From Eledone cirrhosa (Eukaryota): a stretch of 64,000 nucleotides of DNA. Each line of letters opens with the position of its first letter. The stretch's first letter is position 1. The stretch is taken from NCBI GenBank assembly GCA_964016885.1, contig OZ024750.1, positions 39,742,001 to 39,806,000 of the forward strand, read 5' to 3'. Below, in pieces: positions 12,276-24,023 of this stretch. The translations under genes were made by a program, and so were the position numbers. The notes under the pieces are model-generated. The model did not search any database. It was not told the origin of the DNA and worked only from the letters and a program-made list of their open reading frames with translations.

Positions 12276-12530
12276 GAAGGTGCATGACTTAGTAGTTAGG
12301 GGATTGGATTTGCAATCATGAGGTTGTGAGTTTGATTCCCGGACCGAGCGATACGTTATCCCCTCGAGCAAGACACTTTATTTCACATTGTTCTTTCTGT
12401 CAGGAGTTACAACTGGTAAATAGTATCAGCCATGGAAACATTGTTTCATTGGTTTGATTTGACAAAGTTCCACTCCACTCAGTAATTAAATGAGGCCTGG
12501 GATCTTGTCGATTGATTCTCTCTATGCAGT
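12276..12530 (+). mobile_element. Older CORE-type SINE; related copies at about 19295-19510, 21870-22120, 45015-45260, 48013-48360, 49155-49350 (+) and 52800-53060 (-)
   Basis: tRNA-like head plus GAGCAAGACACTTTATTTCAC core. Confidence 0.8.
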
Positions 12531-13144
12531 CTTTGTTCTTTCATAACAAACTTAACTGAGAGGGTAATTTATGGGGGGAGTGATGACCAAAAGTTGAAAG
12601 AGGGGAGAGTATGATTTAATAATCTGCCTAATTCCTTTGTTGTTCTTTCAATGGAATGGAAATTCTTATTGTAACTAAACTTCTAAAACTGAGAAGGCTG
12701 ATTCAGTCCACACAACTTTCCACTCTGACTCATCAATTTATGGTATCTCCAGCTCTGATTCTTTACTTTCTAAGTTCAAATCCTACAGATGTCAACTTTG
12801 CCTTTCATCCTTCCAGGGTTCATAAAATAATGTACCAGTTATATACTAGAGTCAATTTAATCAATTTTACCTTCTCATAAAATTACTGGTATTGTGCCTA
12901 AAGTAGAAACCATTATCTTCAGTGCCAGGGCAGTAAATTGGCAGGATTGTTAGGGCATCAGACAAAATGTTTTGCAATATTTAGTTAAAACTCTTTATGT
13001 TCTCAGTTCAAATCCTGCTGAAATCAACTTTGACTTATATCCTTTCAGGATTAATAAAATAAAGTACCAGTCAAGTACTGGGGTCAATTTAATTGACTTT
13101 ACCTTTCCCTAAAATTATTAAAGTGACTAAAGTAGAAATTATTA

Positions 13145-13800
13145 TTTTTAATGCAGAAAACATCCTTTCATCAGTGACTTGGGTGTGTGGTATTGCTATG
13201 ACAGTTCTAGCTACATCACTAATAACCTCCAGATAAGCAGGGAGAATCACTGGATAAACTGGGAGGATGTCTTCCAGACTGACTGGATAAACTGGGAGGA
13301 CTTCTTCCAGAGTCACTGGATAAACTGGGAGGACTTCCAGAGTCACTGGATAAACTGGGAGGATGTCTTCCAGACTGACTGGATAAACTGGGAGGACTTC
13401 TTCCAGAGTCACTGGATAAACTGGGAGGATGTCTTCCAGAGTCACTTTTGATGGGCAGTCATATTCTTCCACTTCGTTTAATCCATTTAATAAAATTTTA
13501 CTGAAATGTCTTTATTTCGACCCCTACTGCTTGTTTTTCCATGTTTTAAGTGGCATTGAATTAGCTCTGACTTTTCCAGTTAGTCCAAATGTGCTTCAAA
13601 ATCTAATTCTTCATTTGAAGAGGTTGACTCTGAGTTACAAATACTTCTGTGGGTCAGGAGTTTCAGATAGCTTCTGTCACCCTGCTACTTCATTGAAGGC
13701 CATCTTTAGAAATGTAATCCTTGTTCAACAAATAGTTACATTAACTTAATGTAAACAGCAGCTAATAGGATTTCATTGTCTAACAAGAGAATCTTTCTTA
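13145..13800 (-). pseudogene. hAT transposase C-terminal relic
   Basis: Minus-strand VARTVIAIPHTQVTDERMFSALKII resembles the hAT dimerisation motif (P.TQV..ER.FS.L); upstream boundary is approximate. Confidence 0.6.
13245..13446. repeat. 33-bp minisatellite, about 6 copies (one 30 bp)
   Basis: ACTGGATAAACTGGGAGGA(TG/CT)TCTTCCAGA(GTC/CTG). Confidence 0.92.
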
Positions 13801-13997
13801 TTTTAATAAATATATAATGTCATAAGCAATTAATCCTCACTTTTGATCTTCAATACAAACAAGAATCTCTGTCAGGTGTTAAATCTCACATTATGACTTC
13901 TTACTGGCAGTAAAAAGCTAAGAAAGTAAACTTTCTAATTGTCATCCTACTGCCAACTAAAAATATGTAATGCATCAGATGACAATTTTATAAGAAA

Positions 13998-14731
13998 CTA
14001 GCAGTGGTACCCGGCGTTGCCCGGGATAAGGTATTTTGGAACATGAGCCGCCAGCAGACCTAATCGTGGAAAAACTGGATGCCTGGACAATATGTAAAGA
14101 AAATAAACCGAATACTCTGATGGCTGGATAATCTTTAAGATTTTCCTCGATGAAGCAGGAAAAATTCAGGTTTTCACCTAATGCGGGCCCTAGGGGATCA
14201 AGAAAATGAATTTTTTTATGTGCATAATATGCCTTGAAATTTAGGGAAAATCGACTAGATATAACGCCTCAAAAAAGCCCTAAAAAGCTGACAAAAAGAA
14301 GTTTTTCACCTAATGCGGGCCCAAGGCCATAAAAAAATTGGATTTTCTTTGTTCACGGTATGAAGAAGAGACTGACTAATACATAGTTACAATTTCAAGG
14401 AAGTCGGTCTGACGTAACACCTCAAAAAACCCCTAAAAACCTGGAAAAAAACTAAGTTTTTCACCTAGGGGATCAAAAAGTTGAAATTTTTGATGTGCAT
14501 AACACTCCCTGAAACAAGTAATACACATGTAAAGTTTGAAAAAAGTCGGTTGGGTACTCTTTTTTTATCATGTCTCTGGAGAATAGAATCTATTTTAGGG
14601 ATTCTAGCTGAACAACTGCTTACCAGAGTAGCCCGACTCTCTCTACTATATTTACACTCTACTATCCTAAATATTGAGTACTCTTACTAGTCCCAAACTG
14701 GTAAAACCCTGATCTCTATAAATATATAAGA
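13998..14731 (-). mobile_element. Non-autonomous Helitron with intact termini
   Basis: Minus strand A|TCTTATATAT...CCCGG-GCAACG-CCGGG hairpin...CTAG|T, inserted in an AT site; internal repeats of 130-155 bp (GTTTT(T)CACCTA at about 14170, 14301, 14456). Confidence 0.88.
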
Positions 14732-15175
14732 TAGGAGTACACTATTTTTTTTACCACCATTTCAATGGTATGAGTTTTTCTTATTTTGTTTTTCTGTTTG
14801 TTTGTTGTTTTGTTTTAACTGATGTCATTGTTATGGTAACTGTCAGTAATAAAGAATTTTGATAATTGTATTTGTCCTGCAGCAGATTTAAAGTTTATTT
14901 ATTTTTTATTTTAGCTCTGAAATATGTTGGATGTTTTATTTCTAGGATATAATTACATGGAAATAATTGAGCAATATCTAATATAAACAAAACAACACAC
15001 TATTAGGGGGAACAAAAAAGGATGAAGCAATTAAAGACAGGGAAAGGGGTGGGACAGACTCCAGTCTGGTCCGTGATTCAGTCGTGCCTCGCTGACAATA
15101 TGGCAAAAGCGTTGCCATGGAGAATAGCCAGAGACACCCACTGCAACAGAATGTTTGTCCTGCTATCTCCTTTAA

Positions 15176-15362
15176 CCCTTTAGCATTTAAACCAGCCGTA
15201 TCCGGCCAGAATTCTCTCACCTCTTTCTGTTTAAACCAGCTGTAACTGGCGGCTTATACTGTTGTTGAGGTATTGTTCTCAAAATAAATAACATCAAATT
15301 CTTGTAGATTCAATATTATGTGAGATAGAATGTTTACCGAAAGTAATGTAATTGCTAAAGGG
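15176..15362 (-). mobile_element. TTAA MITE copy, opposite orientation
   Basis: TTAA|CCCTTTAGCA...TGCTAAAGGG|TTAA; internal sequence is the reverse complement of the 8716 copy. Confidence 0.85.
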
Positions 15363-16184
15363 TTAAGCACAATGTCTAAAAGTTTAGGATGAAAATACTA
15401 CAAGTTTCTATTTAAAATTTGATGCATTTTAGGAAGGGTGGAGGTAGAAGTACTAATGTTTACTTCAAATACTTCTTCTTTACCAACCTGAACAACACAC
15501 TGACACAGATATTTCTCATCTGTTGTGATAAGAAATTGTTCAAACACTACATTGTTCATATATGTCTGTTTAGAGTAGTCTAAACTAGGTAGATATTCAC
15601 AAACTAGGTTAATGAACCTAGTTTAGACTACTCTAAACTAGGTTAATGAACCTAGTTAGTATCTGTGTAATTGGTAATTTTAACATATTCTATTACACTT
15701 TATATTTTAGTCTGTCAGTATATCTTACTGTAGTAATACAATAACTAATTCTGTCAGTGACTCCTAGCCTCCTGCTCTGATTCAACAGCTCTGCTAACAT
15801 TTAAGAGGCCCTGTTTAACCCTTTACCATTTACATTATGTACGACATGGTAACACAGCATCTCGTTGATGTGTGTTGGTTCAAACCTTGTCTGTCGGTAC
15901 ATACTTGTTTCAACGTGATCGACTGAGTCAGTCATAAGATATTGATGTTTATCTACAGATGTGTTTATAAACTCTGTCACATTTTTGATATAGGAGAATA
16001 TCGTATATTTAAACCGGCCGTATCCGGCCAGAATTCCTCTTTATGTTCAAATTGACTGTAACTAACCACTCATACCGATGTTAAGGTATTGTTCTCAAAA
16101 TAAGTAATATCAAAATCTTATAGATTCGATATTATGTGAGGTAAAACCTTTACCATGAAAATATAATAGTAAATATAGAGTGAT

Positions 16185-16400
16185 CTGTCGTCGGCCAACT
16201 ACATTTTCCAGACTGTGGCGTTCGAGACGTTCGGGGGAGTCGGGCTGCTGACTGTGAGATTCCTATCTTCACTGGCGGCTCACCTAACCGAGGTAACTGG
16301 TGAAGCTCGTGAGGGCGCTTGGTTGTTCCAGCACCTCAGCCTCGCCATCACCCGAGGTAACGCTGCAAGCATGCTGGCTTGCTTCAACAATCATTAGAGA
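16185..16400 (+). mobile_element. CRE-like (RLE endonuclease) non-LTR retrotransposon 3' fragment nested in a MITE
   Basis: AFETFGGVG...FL..L...GE.R...WLFQ.LS.AI.RGNA resembles the CRE/R2-type RLE C-terminus; GC-rich island. Confidence 0.65.
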
Positions 16401-17074
16401 GGTTTCCCAGTGCTCCTCGCGATACTGCGATCTTTTGCTCTGGTAGTGGCTTGGTTGTTCACCCCTTCCTTTATATTATATTCGTTTGTGCTCTCGTTCT
16501 GTAAGCATTGTGGCACAAGGCCAGCAATTATCCCAGTGCATTACTGGTACTTTATTTTATCGACCCCCGTAAGGATGAAAGGCCGAGGTTAACTTTGCCT
16601 TTCATCCTTACGGGGTCGATAAAATAAAGTACCAGTAATGCACTGAGGTAATTACTGGCCTTGTGCCAAAAGTAGAAACAATTATTATATTTCCATTTTT
16701 TTTTTTTTTTTTTTTTTTTATTCATAATGTGACTTTCTTTTAATCTGTAAAAATTCTGTATATATTTGTTTGTTGAATAAATAATTGTTTCTACTTTTGG
16801 CACAAGGCCAGCAATTACCCAGTACATTACTGGTACTTTATTTTATCGACCCCGTAAGGATGAAAGGCAAAGTTAACCTCGACGGGATTTGAACTCAGAC
16901 CGTAAAGGGTAAATAATGTAAATGTTAAAGGGTTAAATTTAGTTTGCCTAGGAGGAAAGTTATTAAATGAATAGAAATATAGAGACGTGATTTTTGTCTT
17001 CCTTTCTTTCAAGCAACTTCAATAACAAAAAAATACTTTCTTTATTTCTACTATCCATTTGTGTCATATTTCAG

Positions 17075-17165
17075 CTCAGTGGATGATATTTTAAAATCTC
17101 GTGTTTCAACACATACAGTCATTGCAATCATAGCTGAAGATAAAGGCAGCTACTTAGGAAAAGAG
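17075..17165 (+). CDS. QSOX: QSOX exon C (Trx2 start)
   Basis: tttcag|CTCAGTG...AAAGAG|gtac; SVDDILKSRVSTHTVIAIIAEDKGSYLGKE with the conserved SYLG(K/R)E; phase 2 to 0. Confidence 0.9.
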
Positions 17166-17224
17166 GTACAACTTCTTTATGTTATTCTTTACAATCTTGC
17201 ATTTATAAACTCTTGTTTTCTATT

Positions 17225-18850
17225 CTTGTATTAATATAGTTTATTAAAGTAGGATTAAGCCACAGTAAGCTTCTATTACTAGGTTTGTATTAATATAGTT
17301 TATTAAAATAGGATTAAGCTACAGTAAGCTTCTATTTCTAGGTTTGTATGAATATAGTTTATTAAAATAGGATTAAGCCACAGTAAGCTTCTATTTCTAG
17401 GTTTGTATTAATATAGTTTATTAAAATAGGATTAAGCCACAGTAAGCTTCTATTTCTAGGTTTGTATTAATATAGTTTATTAAAATAGGATTAAGCCACA
17501 GTAAACTTTTATTTCTAGGTTTGTATTAATATAGTTTATTAAAATAGGATTAAGCCACAGTAAACTTTTATTTCTAGGTTTGTATTAATATAGTTTATTA
17601 AAATAGGATTAAGCCACAGTAAACTTTTATTTCTAGGTTTGTATTAATATAGTTTATTAAAATAGGATTAAGCCACAGTAACCTTCTATTTCTAGGTTTG
17701 TATTAATATAGTTTATTAAAATAGGATTAAGCCACAGTAAACTTCTATTTCTAGGTTTGTATTAATATAGTTTATTAAAATAGGATTAAGCTACAGTAAG
17801 CTTCTATTTATAATAATAATAATGAAATTATTGTGTACAGTGCTCAGGTGCACTACAACTCATCAAAGGTGCATGTATAGTACATAGAATAATGTACAAA
17901 TGTCAGGAAAATAAACAGTGTATGAGTCATGATATAATAACAATAACAATAATGAAATATTGTGCACAGTGCCCAGGTGCACCACAACCCATCAAAAAAG
18001 TGCATGTACAGTACATAGGGCAATGCACAAACATCAGTAAAATGAACAGTGCACACATGTGTGCATGTGTATGGAAGGGGCACATCAGGTGTAGTTTTGG
18101 CGTATTTCGGGAAGCATGAGTGTCTTAAAGGATGCAGTGTCTCGGCAGCTAACAATTGACGCAGGCAGTTTGTTCCATGTTTCAGCAGCTCTGAGCGTGA
18201 AAAAAAAAAAAATTTCTAGGTTTGTATTAATATAGTTTATTAAAATAGGATTAAGCCACAGTAAACTTTTATTTCTAGGTTTGTATTAATATAGTTTATT
18301 AAAATAGGATTAAGCCACAGTAAACTTCTATTTCTAGGTTTGTATTAATATAGTTTATTAAAATAGGATTAAGCCACAGTAAACTTCTATTTCTAGGTTT
18401 GTATTAATATAGTTTATTAAAATAGGATTAAGCCACAGTAAGCTTCTATTTCTAGGTTTGTATTAATATAGTTTATTAAAATAGGATTAAGCCACAGTAA
18501 GCTTCTATTACTAGGTTTGTATTAATATAGTTTATTAAAATAGGATTAAGCCACAGTAAGCTTCTATTTCTAGGTTTGTATTAATATAGTTTATTAAAAT
18601 AGGATTAAGCCACAGTAAGCTTCTATTACTAGGTTTGTATTAATATAGTTTATTAAAATAGGATTAAGCCACAGTAAGCTTCTATTTCTAGGTTTGTATT
18701 AATATAGTTTATTAAAATAGGATTAAACTATGGTAAACTTCTATTTTTAATTTTTGTATTAATATAATTTATTAAAATAGGATTAAACTATGGTAAACTC
18801 CTATTTCTATTCTATTTTTATTAAAATAGGATTAAGCTATGGTAGATTTC
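17225..18850. repeat. 59-bp satellite, about 20 copies, split by a CR1 insertion
   Basis: TTTGTATTAATATAGTTTATTAAAATAGGATTAAGCCACAGTAAGCTTCTATTTCTAGG. Confidence 0.95.
17810..18212 (-). mobile_element. CR1-type LINE 3' fragment
   Basis: Homologous to 20097-20330; (TTA)n tail on the minus strand. Confidence 0.85.
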
Positions 18851-19028
18851 TGTTTGTATTCTTATATTAATTTATCTTGACTTCTTTACAGTAGTTATAT
18901 GATGTCTTATTAGAATTTAAACTTGAAATATAACCTTTTAATACCAACCCATCTGTGACCTCCCACACTAAAGTGTTCATATGAGATTTCTATTGGTCAC
19001 CATCAGCATATCAATGTCTAAGAGATGG

Positions 19029-19064
<36 letters not shown>

Positions 19065-19880
19065 AATTTTGTTATAACGAAATTCACGGGGTATAACAAA
19101 AAATTCGTTGTATCGAAAAATTCTTTATAATGAGATCGACCTTTATATATATTCAAAGGCGGTGTCCCAGCATGGCCTCAGCTGGATGGCTGGAATAGGT
19201 AAAAGAGAATATATGTATATATACATGGTCTAACCCATGCTAGCGTAGAAGGTGGATGTTAAACTGCGATGATGATATATATATATATATATATGGTGAA
19301 GGCGTGTGGCTGAGTGGTTAGAGAATTGGATTCACAATCTTGAGGTTGTGAGTTCGATTCTTGGACCGGGCTATGCGTTATGTCCTTGAGCAAGACACTT
19401 TATTTCACGTTGCTCCTTCTACCTGGAGTTGCGACCAATAGATAGTATTAGCAACTGGAAAGACCAATGGAAACATTGTTTCCTCGGTCCAATTTGACGA
19501 AAGTCGATCGTTCCTATATATATATATATATATACACATATATATACACACAAACACATACACACATATATATATATAATTTCAAATTGATATATATATA
19601 TATATATAATTTCTTTGTTACCGAGTGAGGTGGAACTCGTCAAATTGGACCAAGGAAACAATGTTTCTATTGGTCTTTCCATTGCTGATACAATCTACCA
19701 GTCGCAACTCCTAGCAGAAACCGTTTCTAGAAGACTTGGAGTTCGTTGGCAGCCATTGACCACCCATTTCCAGGGTATTTTACCCAGACTGCTATGCTAT
19801 AATTATTTATAACAATACATATATATATAAACAAGAAGTGTAAGTCAACAGGTTAAAATTAACTTCGTTTATACATATTT

Positions 19881-19939
19881 GGTGTTATATATATTTCGGT
19901 GATAACCATTATTTAACAGCTATGACCTCATCAGACAGC
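19881..19939 (-). ncRNA. Type I hammerhead-like motif (antisense to QSOX)
   Basis: Minus strand GCTGT-CTGATGA-GGTCATAGCTG..TGGTTATCACC-GAAA-TATATATA-ACACC; good stem II, weak stem I. Confidence 0.5.
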
Positions 19940-20096
19940 TAGAACTTGAACAGAAAAAACATAATGATGGAACAAAGTTTACCTCCGTTATTTCGGTTGG
20001 AAACTAACCAACACATAATCAAATTTTTTATACTATACATACTCCACCTTTTTTATCTTGTTACTTACAAAATGTAAAATAAAATACTATTTTTAA

Positions 20097-20760
20097 ATAA
20101 TAATAATAATAATGAAATTATTGTGTAAAGTGCTCAGGTGCACTACATCTCGTCAATATAGTACATAGAATAATACACAAATGCCAGGGAAGTACATGTT
20201 TGTATGTGTTAGCTGTAGTGTTGGCGGATCTCGGGAAGCATGGAGGCCTTAAAGGATGCAGTGTCTCGACAGCTAACAACTGATGCAGGTAGTTTGTTCC
20301 ATGCTTCAGCAACTCTGAGCGTGAAAAAATGTTTCCCAAAGTCATGGGAACTGTGCTGTTTTCTTACTTTGTGGGCATGTCCACATGTGTTAGACACATG
20401 GAAATCGAAAAGGCACTCAGGGTTGTTGTTGGCAACATGGTTAACAATTTTGTGGGTGTTTACCAAGTCAGTTGCCAGGCGTCGGAGCTTCAATGAATCC
20501 ATGCCCAGGGAAGCAAGGCGATCAGAGTATGGTAGATGCCTGATGGAGGGTATTCGCTTGGTTGCACGTCTCTGAACAGTTTCCAGGCGGTCAATGTCCT
20601 GAGCAAGATAGGGGTTCCAGACTGGTGATGCAAATTCTAAGTGTGGTCGCACCATAGCTGTATACAGCCTTAAATAGATATCTGGAGAGCGGCTGGCAAA
20701 GGTCTTGCTGAGTGATGCTAAGACACCCTCGGCCCTCTTGACAATTTTAGAGACGTGCCT
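20097..20760 (-). mobile_element. CR1-clade LINE, 5'-truncated
   Basis: VRPHLEFASPVWNPY...LETVQRRATK...FFTLRVAEAWNKLP, classic CR1 ORF2 C-terminus; (TTA)n tail. Confidence 0.92.
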
Positions 20761-20792
20761 TTTGTGTGTATGTGTGTCTATGTATGTGTATT

Positions 20793-20824
<32 letters not shown>

Positions 20825-20884
20825 ATGTGTGTCTGTATTTTCCACTTTTTTCTATTATATATTGTTTTTCCAATTGTTATTTAG

Positions 20885-21024
20885 GTGATTCTTGATCTGA
20901 GTAAATATACCAAAATCCTTGTCAGATCCATGTTGTCTGATGTAGTTCCTGTAAGATATCATGTCAACTATATACCATCTTTGATAATTATAAACAAGGA
21001 AGGAAACGTTGAAACCACTATACA
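20885..21024 (+). CDS. QSOX: QSOX exon D (Trx2)
   Basis: tttag|GTGATT...ATACA|gtaagt; VILDLSKYTKILVRSMLSDVVPVRYHVNYIPSLIIINKEGNVETTI, continuing SYLGKE-VILDL; phase 0 to 2. Confidence 0.9.
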
Positions 21025-21083
21025 GTAAGTAAACTGTCTTTTGTTTGTCTCTTTAGTAGTTTCATATTAGAATAATAATCCTT

Positions 21084-21475
21084 GGACTGGTGTCCTGTCC
21101 TGAGGGAGTCTTATACTGTCAGTCTCTTCATGCTATGATGAACTGGTGTCCTGTCCAGGGGGGAGTCTTGTACTGTCAGTCATTTCACCCTATGATGGAC
21201 TGGTGTCCTGTCCAGGGGGGAGTCTTGTACTCTCAGTCACTCCATGCTATGATGGACTGGTGCCCTGTCCAGGGGGGGAGTCTTGTACTGTCAGTCATTT
21301 CACCCTATGATGGACTGGTGTTCTGTCCAGGGGTGTGTCTTGTACTCTCAGTCACTTCATGCTATGATGGACTGGTGTCCTGTCCAGGGGACAGTCTTGT
21401 ACTTTCAGTCACTTCACCCTATGATGGACTGGTGTCATGTCCAGGGAGGAGTCTTGTACTCTGTCACTCCATGCC
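21084..21475 (+). repeat. About 57-59-bp minisatellite, about 7 copies, within a SINE-like sequence
   Basis: GATGGACTGGTGTCCTGTCCAGGGG..AGTCTTGTACT.TCAGTCA.TTCA(TGC/CCC)TAT. Confidence 0.88.
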
Positions 21476-22289
21476 ATAGAAACTGAGATAACACCGGCCT
21501 GATGGGTTTCCGGGCTTGAGAGAGGCTTTTGACTTAGACTGATTAATTGTTCAGGATGTGCTGCAGGTAAACAACAGCAACCAAATGTTTGTAATAAAAT
21601 CAAATTTTCAAAACAATTCAACAGCTATGAAGCAAATTCTTTCCAATGACTGTATGGAAAGTCTACATTCCATTCCACATAGCTTGTTAAACTGGAGCAT
21701 ACCAGAGATTGGTTACTGTATTAGCTTACCTTCGTATACTTTTACATAAAGAATATAGAAATTACAAACTCTTTGAAAATTTGCGTAGGGAAAAATATGA
21801 ATGTCTTATTTTGACTTGAATGTCAAAATATTATTATAATTATTTGTGTGGAATAAATTGTTATTGTCAGTGAAGGCCGGTGGCTTAGTGGTTAAAGAAT
21901 TGGATTGACAATAGAGAGGTTACAAGTTTGATTCCCAAACCATGCAATCTGCTATGTCCTTGAGCAAGACACTTTATTTCACATTTGTCTGACAGCCAGG
22001 AGATACAATTAGTAGATAGTATCACCGATGAAAAAAACAATGGAAACATGGTTTTCTTGGTCCAGTTTGATGAGTTCCACTCTACTTGGTAAGCAAATAA
22101 GGTCTGGATCTTATAGATCAATTTCTATATTCTATAATCAGTTGGAAGAGGGGTGGGGTCCATGACCAGAACAGCACCTTCCATTTTAACTTAGGTAAGT
22201 TGATGTCTGGGTAAAGGGATCCCTGTGGGGAGAGAGAGAGGTACCTATAGGTAGAGAGAGGTACCTGTAGGGAGAGAGAGATCTCTGTA

Positions 22290-22600
22290 GGTAAATATCC
22301 CCCCACCATGTGGTAAATATATCTCCATGTGGTAGACATCCCTCCACCATGTAGTAAATATCTCTCCACCACATGGTAGACCCCCCCCCACCACCACCAT
22401 GTTGTAAATATTCCCCCACCAGGTGGTAAATATCTCTCCACCAGATGATAGACATTCCCCCCCCCACACCATGTGGCAGACACTCTCCACCATGTAGTAG
22501 ACCCCCCCCCCCCCCATCACGTAGTAAATATCTCTCCACCATGTGGTAAGTATCTTTCCACCATGTGGTAGACATTCCCCCACCATGTGGTAGACATCCC
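22290..22600. repeat. Degenerate C-rich minisatellite, unit about 22-25 bp
   Basis: CCACCATGTGGTA(A/G)A(T/C)AT.. repeated with poly-C runs. Confidence 0.8.
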
Positions 22601-23445
22601 TTTGTTGATATCAAATCAAATTTTTATGTTACATTTGTCTGTTTTAAAAAATTTTTTTATTATTACTCAACCATGTCAAAATGCCAACGTAATTAACTCG
22701 GGCCAAAAATTTAATACATAATTAGCCACTATGTAATTAAGTAGAATTGACTGTATTATGACACATCTGTCTATCCTGGTATAATATTAGTACTGTTTCT
22801 TCTTCATCCTTCATCATTGTCATCATCAACGTCATCAGCAACAGCTTTACATATAGTCTTCTTTTCATGTTAACATAGTCTGATGCCAACCATCTTCTAA
22901 GTAAGGTGCACATCTTCACACATCTATCCATTGAGTTGTAGGATTTCTGTTTATGCAAAATGTAAACAAATATCATCATCATCATTACCGTTACCATCAT
23001 CGTTTAATGTCCGATTTCTCCGCTAGCAAGGATTAGACAGGTCTACATAGACCAAGTCAGTACAGAAGTGTGGCTCCTGACCTTGTGCATAAGAGAGATT
23101 GTCATGTCTTTGACACAACTGACGAGTCCTCTCTTTACAGAGTGTACTGGGTGTGTTTATCATGTAGATCTCCAACACTAGAGAGGTTGTCATATCCTTG
23201 ACACTGCTGAAAGGTTCTTCCAACCCTTTGTTTTGCCAGCTTTCTACAGCTGGATGTCCTTCCTATCACCAACCACTTTACAGAGTGTACTGGGTGTGAT
23301 TATTGTGTAGGTCACCAACACTAGGGAGGATGTAAAAAAAAAGATAAGGATTAAAATCTTGACCATTTTCAATGCTTATTTAAGCTTTGTTCACATTAAA
23401 TGCACAATTTTGACCTGTAGGGTGTCAATTAGTCAATTAGTGTTA

Positions 23446-23788
23446 TATCATCATCATCATTTCATTTTACATCCACTTTTCCCTGCTTGCAAGGGTGGGA
23501 CGGGAACTGATTCTGGCTTGATTTCTACAGCTGGATGCCCTTCCTAACACCAACCTCATTTACAGTGAGTGCTGGGTGCTTTTTTGCCATGGCACCTCCA
23601 CGACCACTTTGCAGTGGAATAATATGGACCCCAGTCCCTATCATCTCATTTCTACAGCTGAGTAAACTGGAGCAATGTGAAATAAAGTGTCTTGCTCAAA
23701 GAAACAACACATCACCCGGTCTGAGAATTGAACTCACAACCTTTCGATTGCAAGGCCAATGCTCTAACCACTAAGCCATGTGCCTCCA
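23446..23788 (-). mobile_element. Young SINE, same family, reverse orientation
   Basis: Reverse complement of 9807-10150 with few differences. Confidence 0.9.
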
Positions 23789-23882
23789 TATATATAAAAA
23801 TTTACTTCAATTTAAAGCAAATGTATTTCCTTTTCTTTCTTTATATATTCTTTTGTTTATGGTTTCTTTTGTATCTTCTCAG

Positions 23883-24023
23883 TTCCAACCTGACAACAAA
23901 TTTCTGTGTAAATTACCTCAAAAATATATCTGGTTATGATTCCAATACCAATGGAATACAAAACCATGACCTTGGTAACAAAATTGACAAAGTGAAGTTA
24001 ACTCTTAAAAGTGGAATTCATGC
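23883..24023 (+). CDS. QSOX: QSOX exon E (Trx2-HRR linker)
   Basis: ttctcag|TTCCAAC...CATGC|gtaagt; 141 nt, phase 2 to 2, open; weakly conserved linker SNLTTNFCVNYLKNISGY... Confidence 0.75.
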
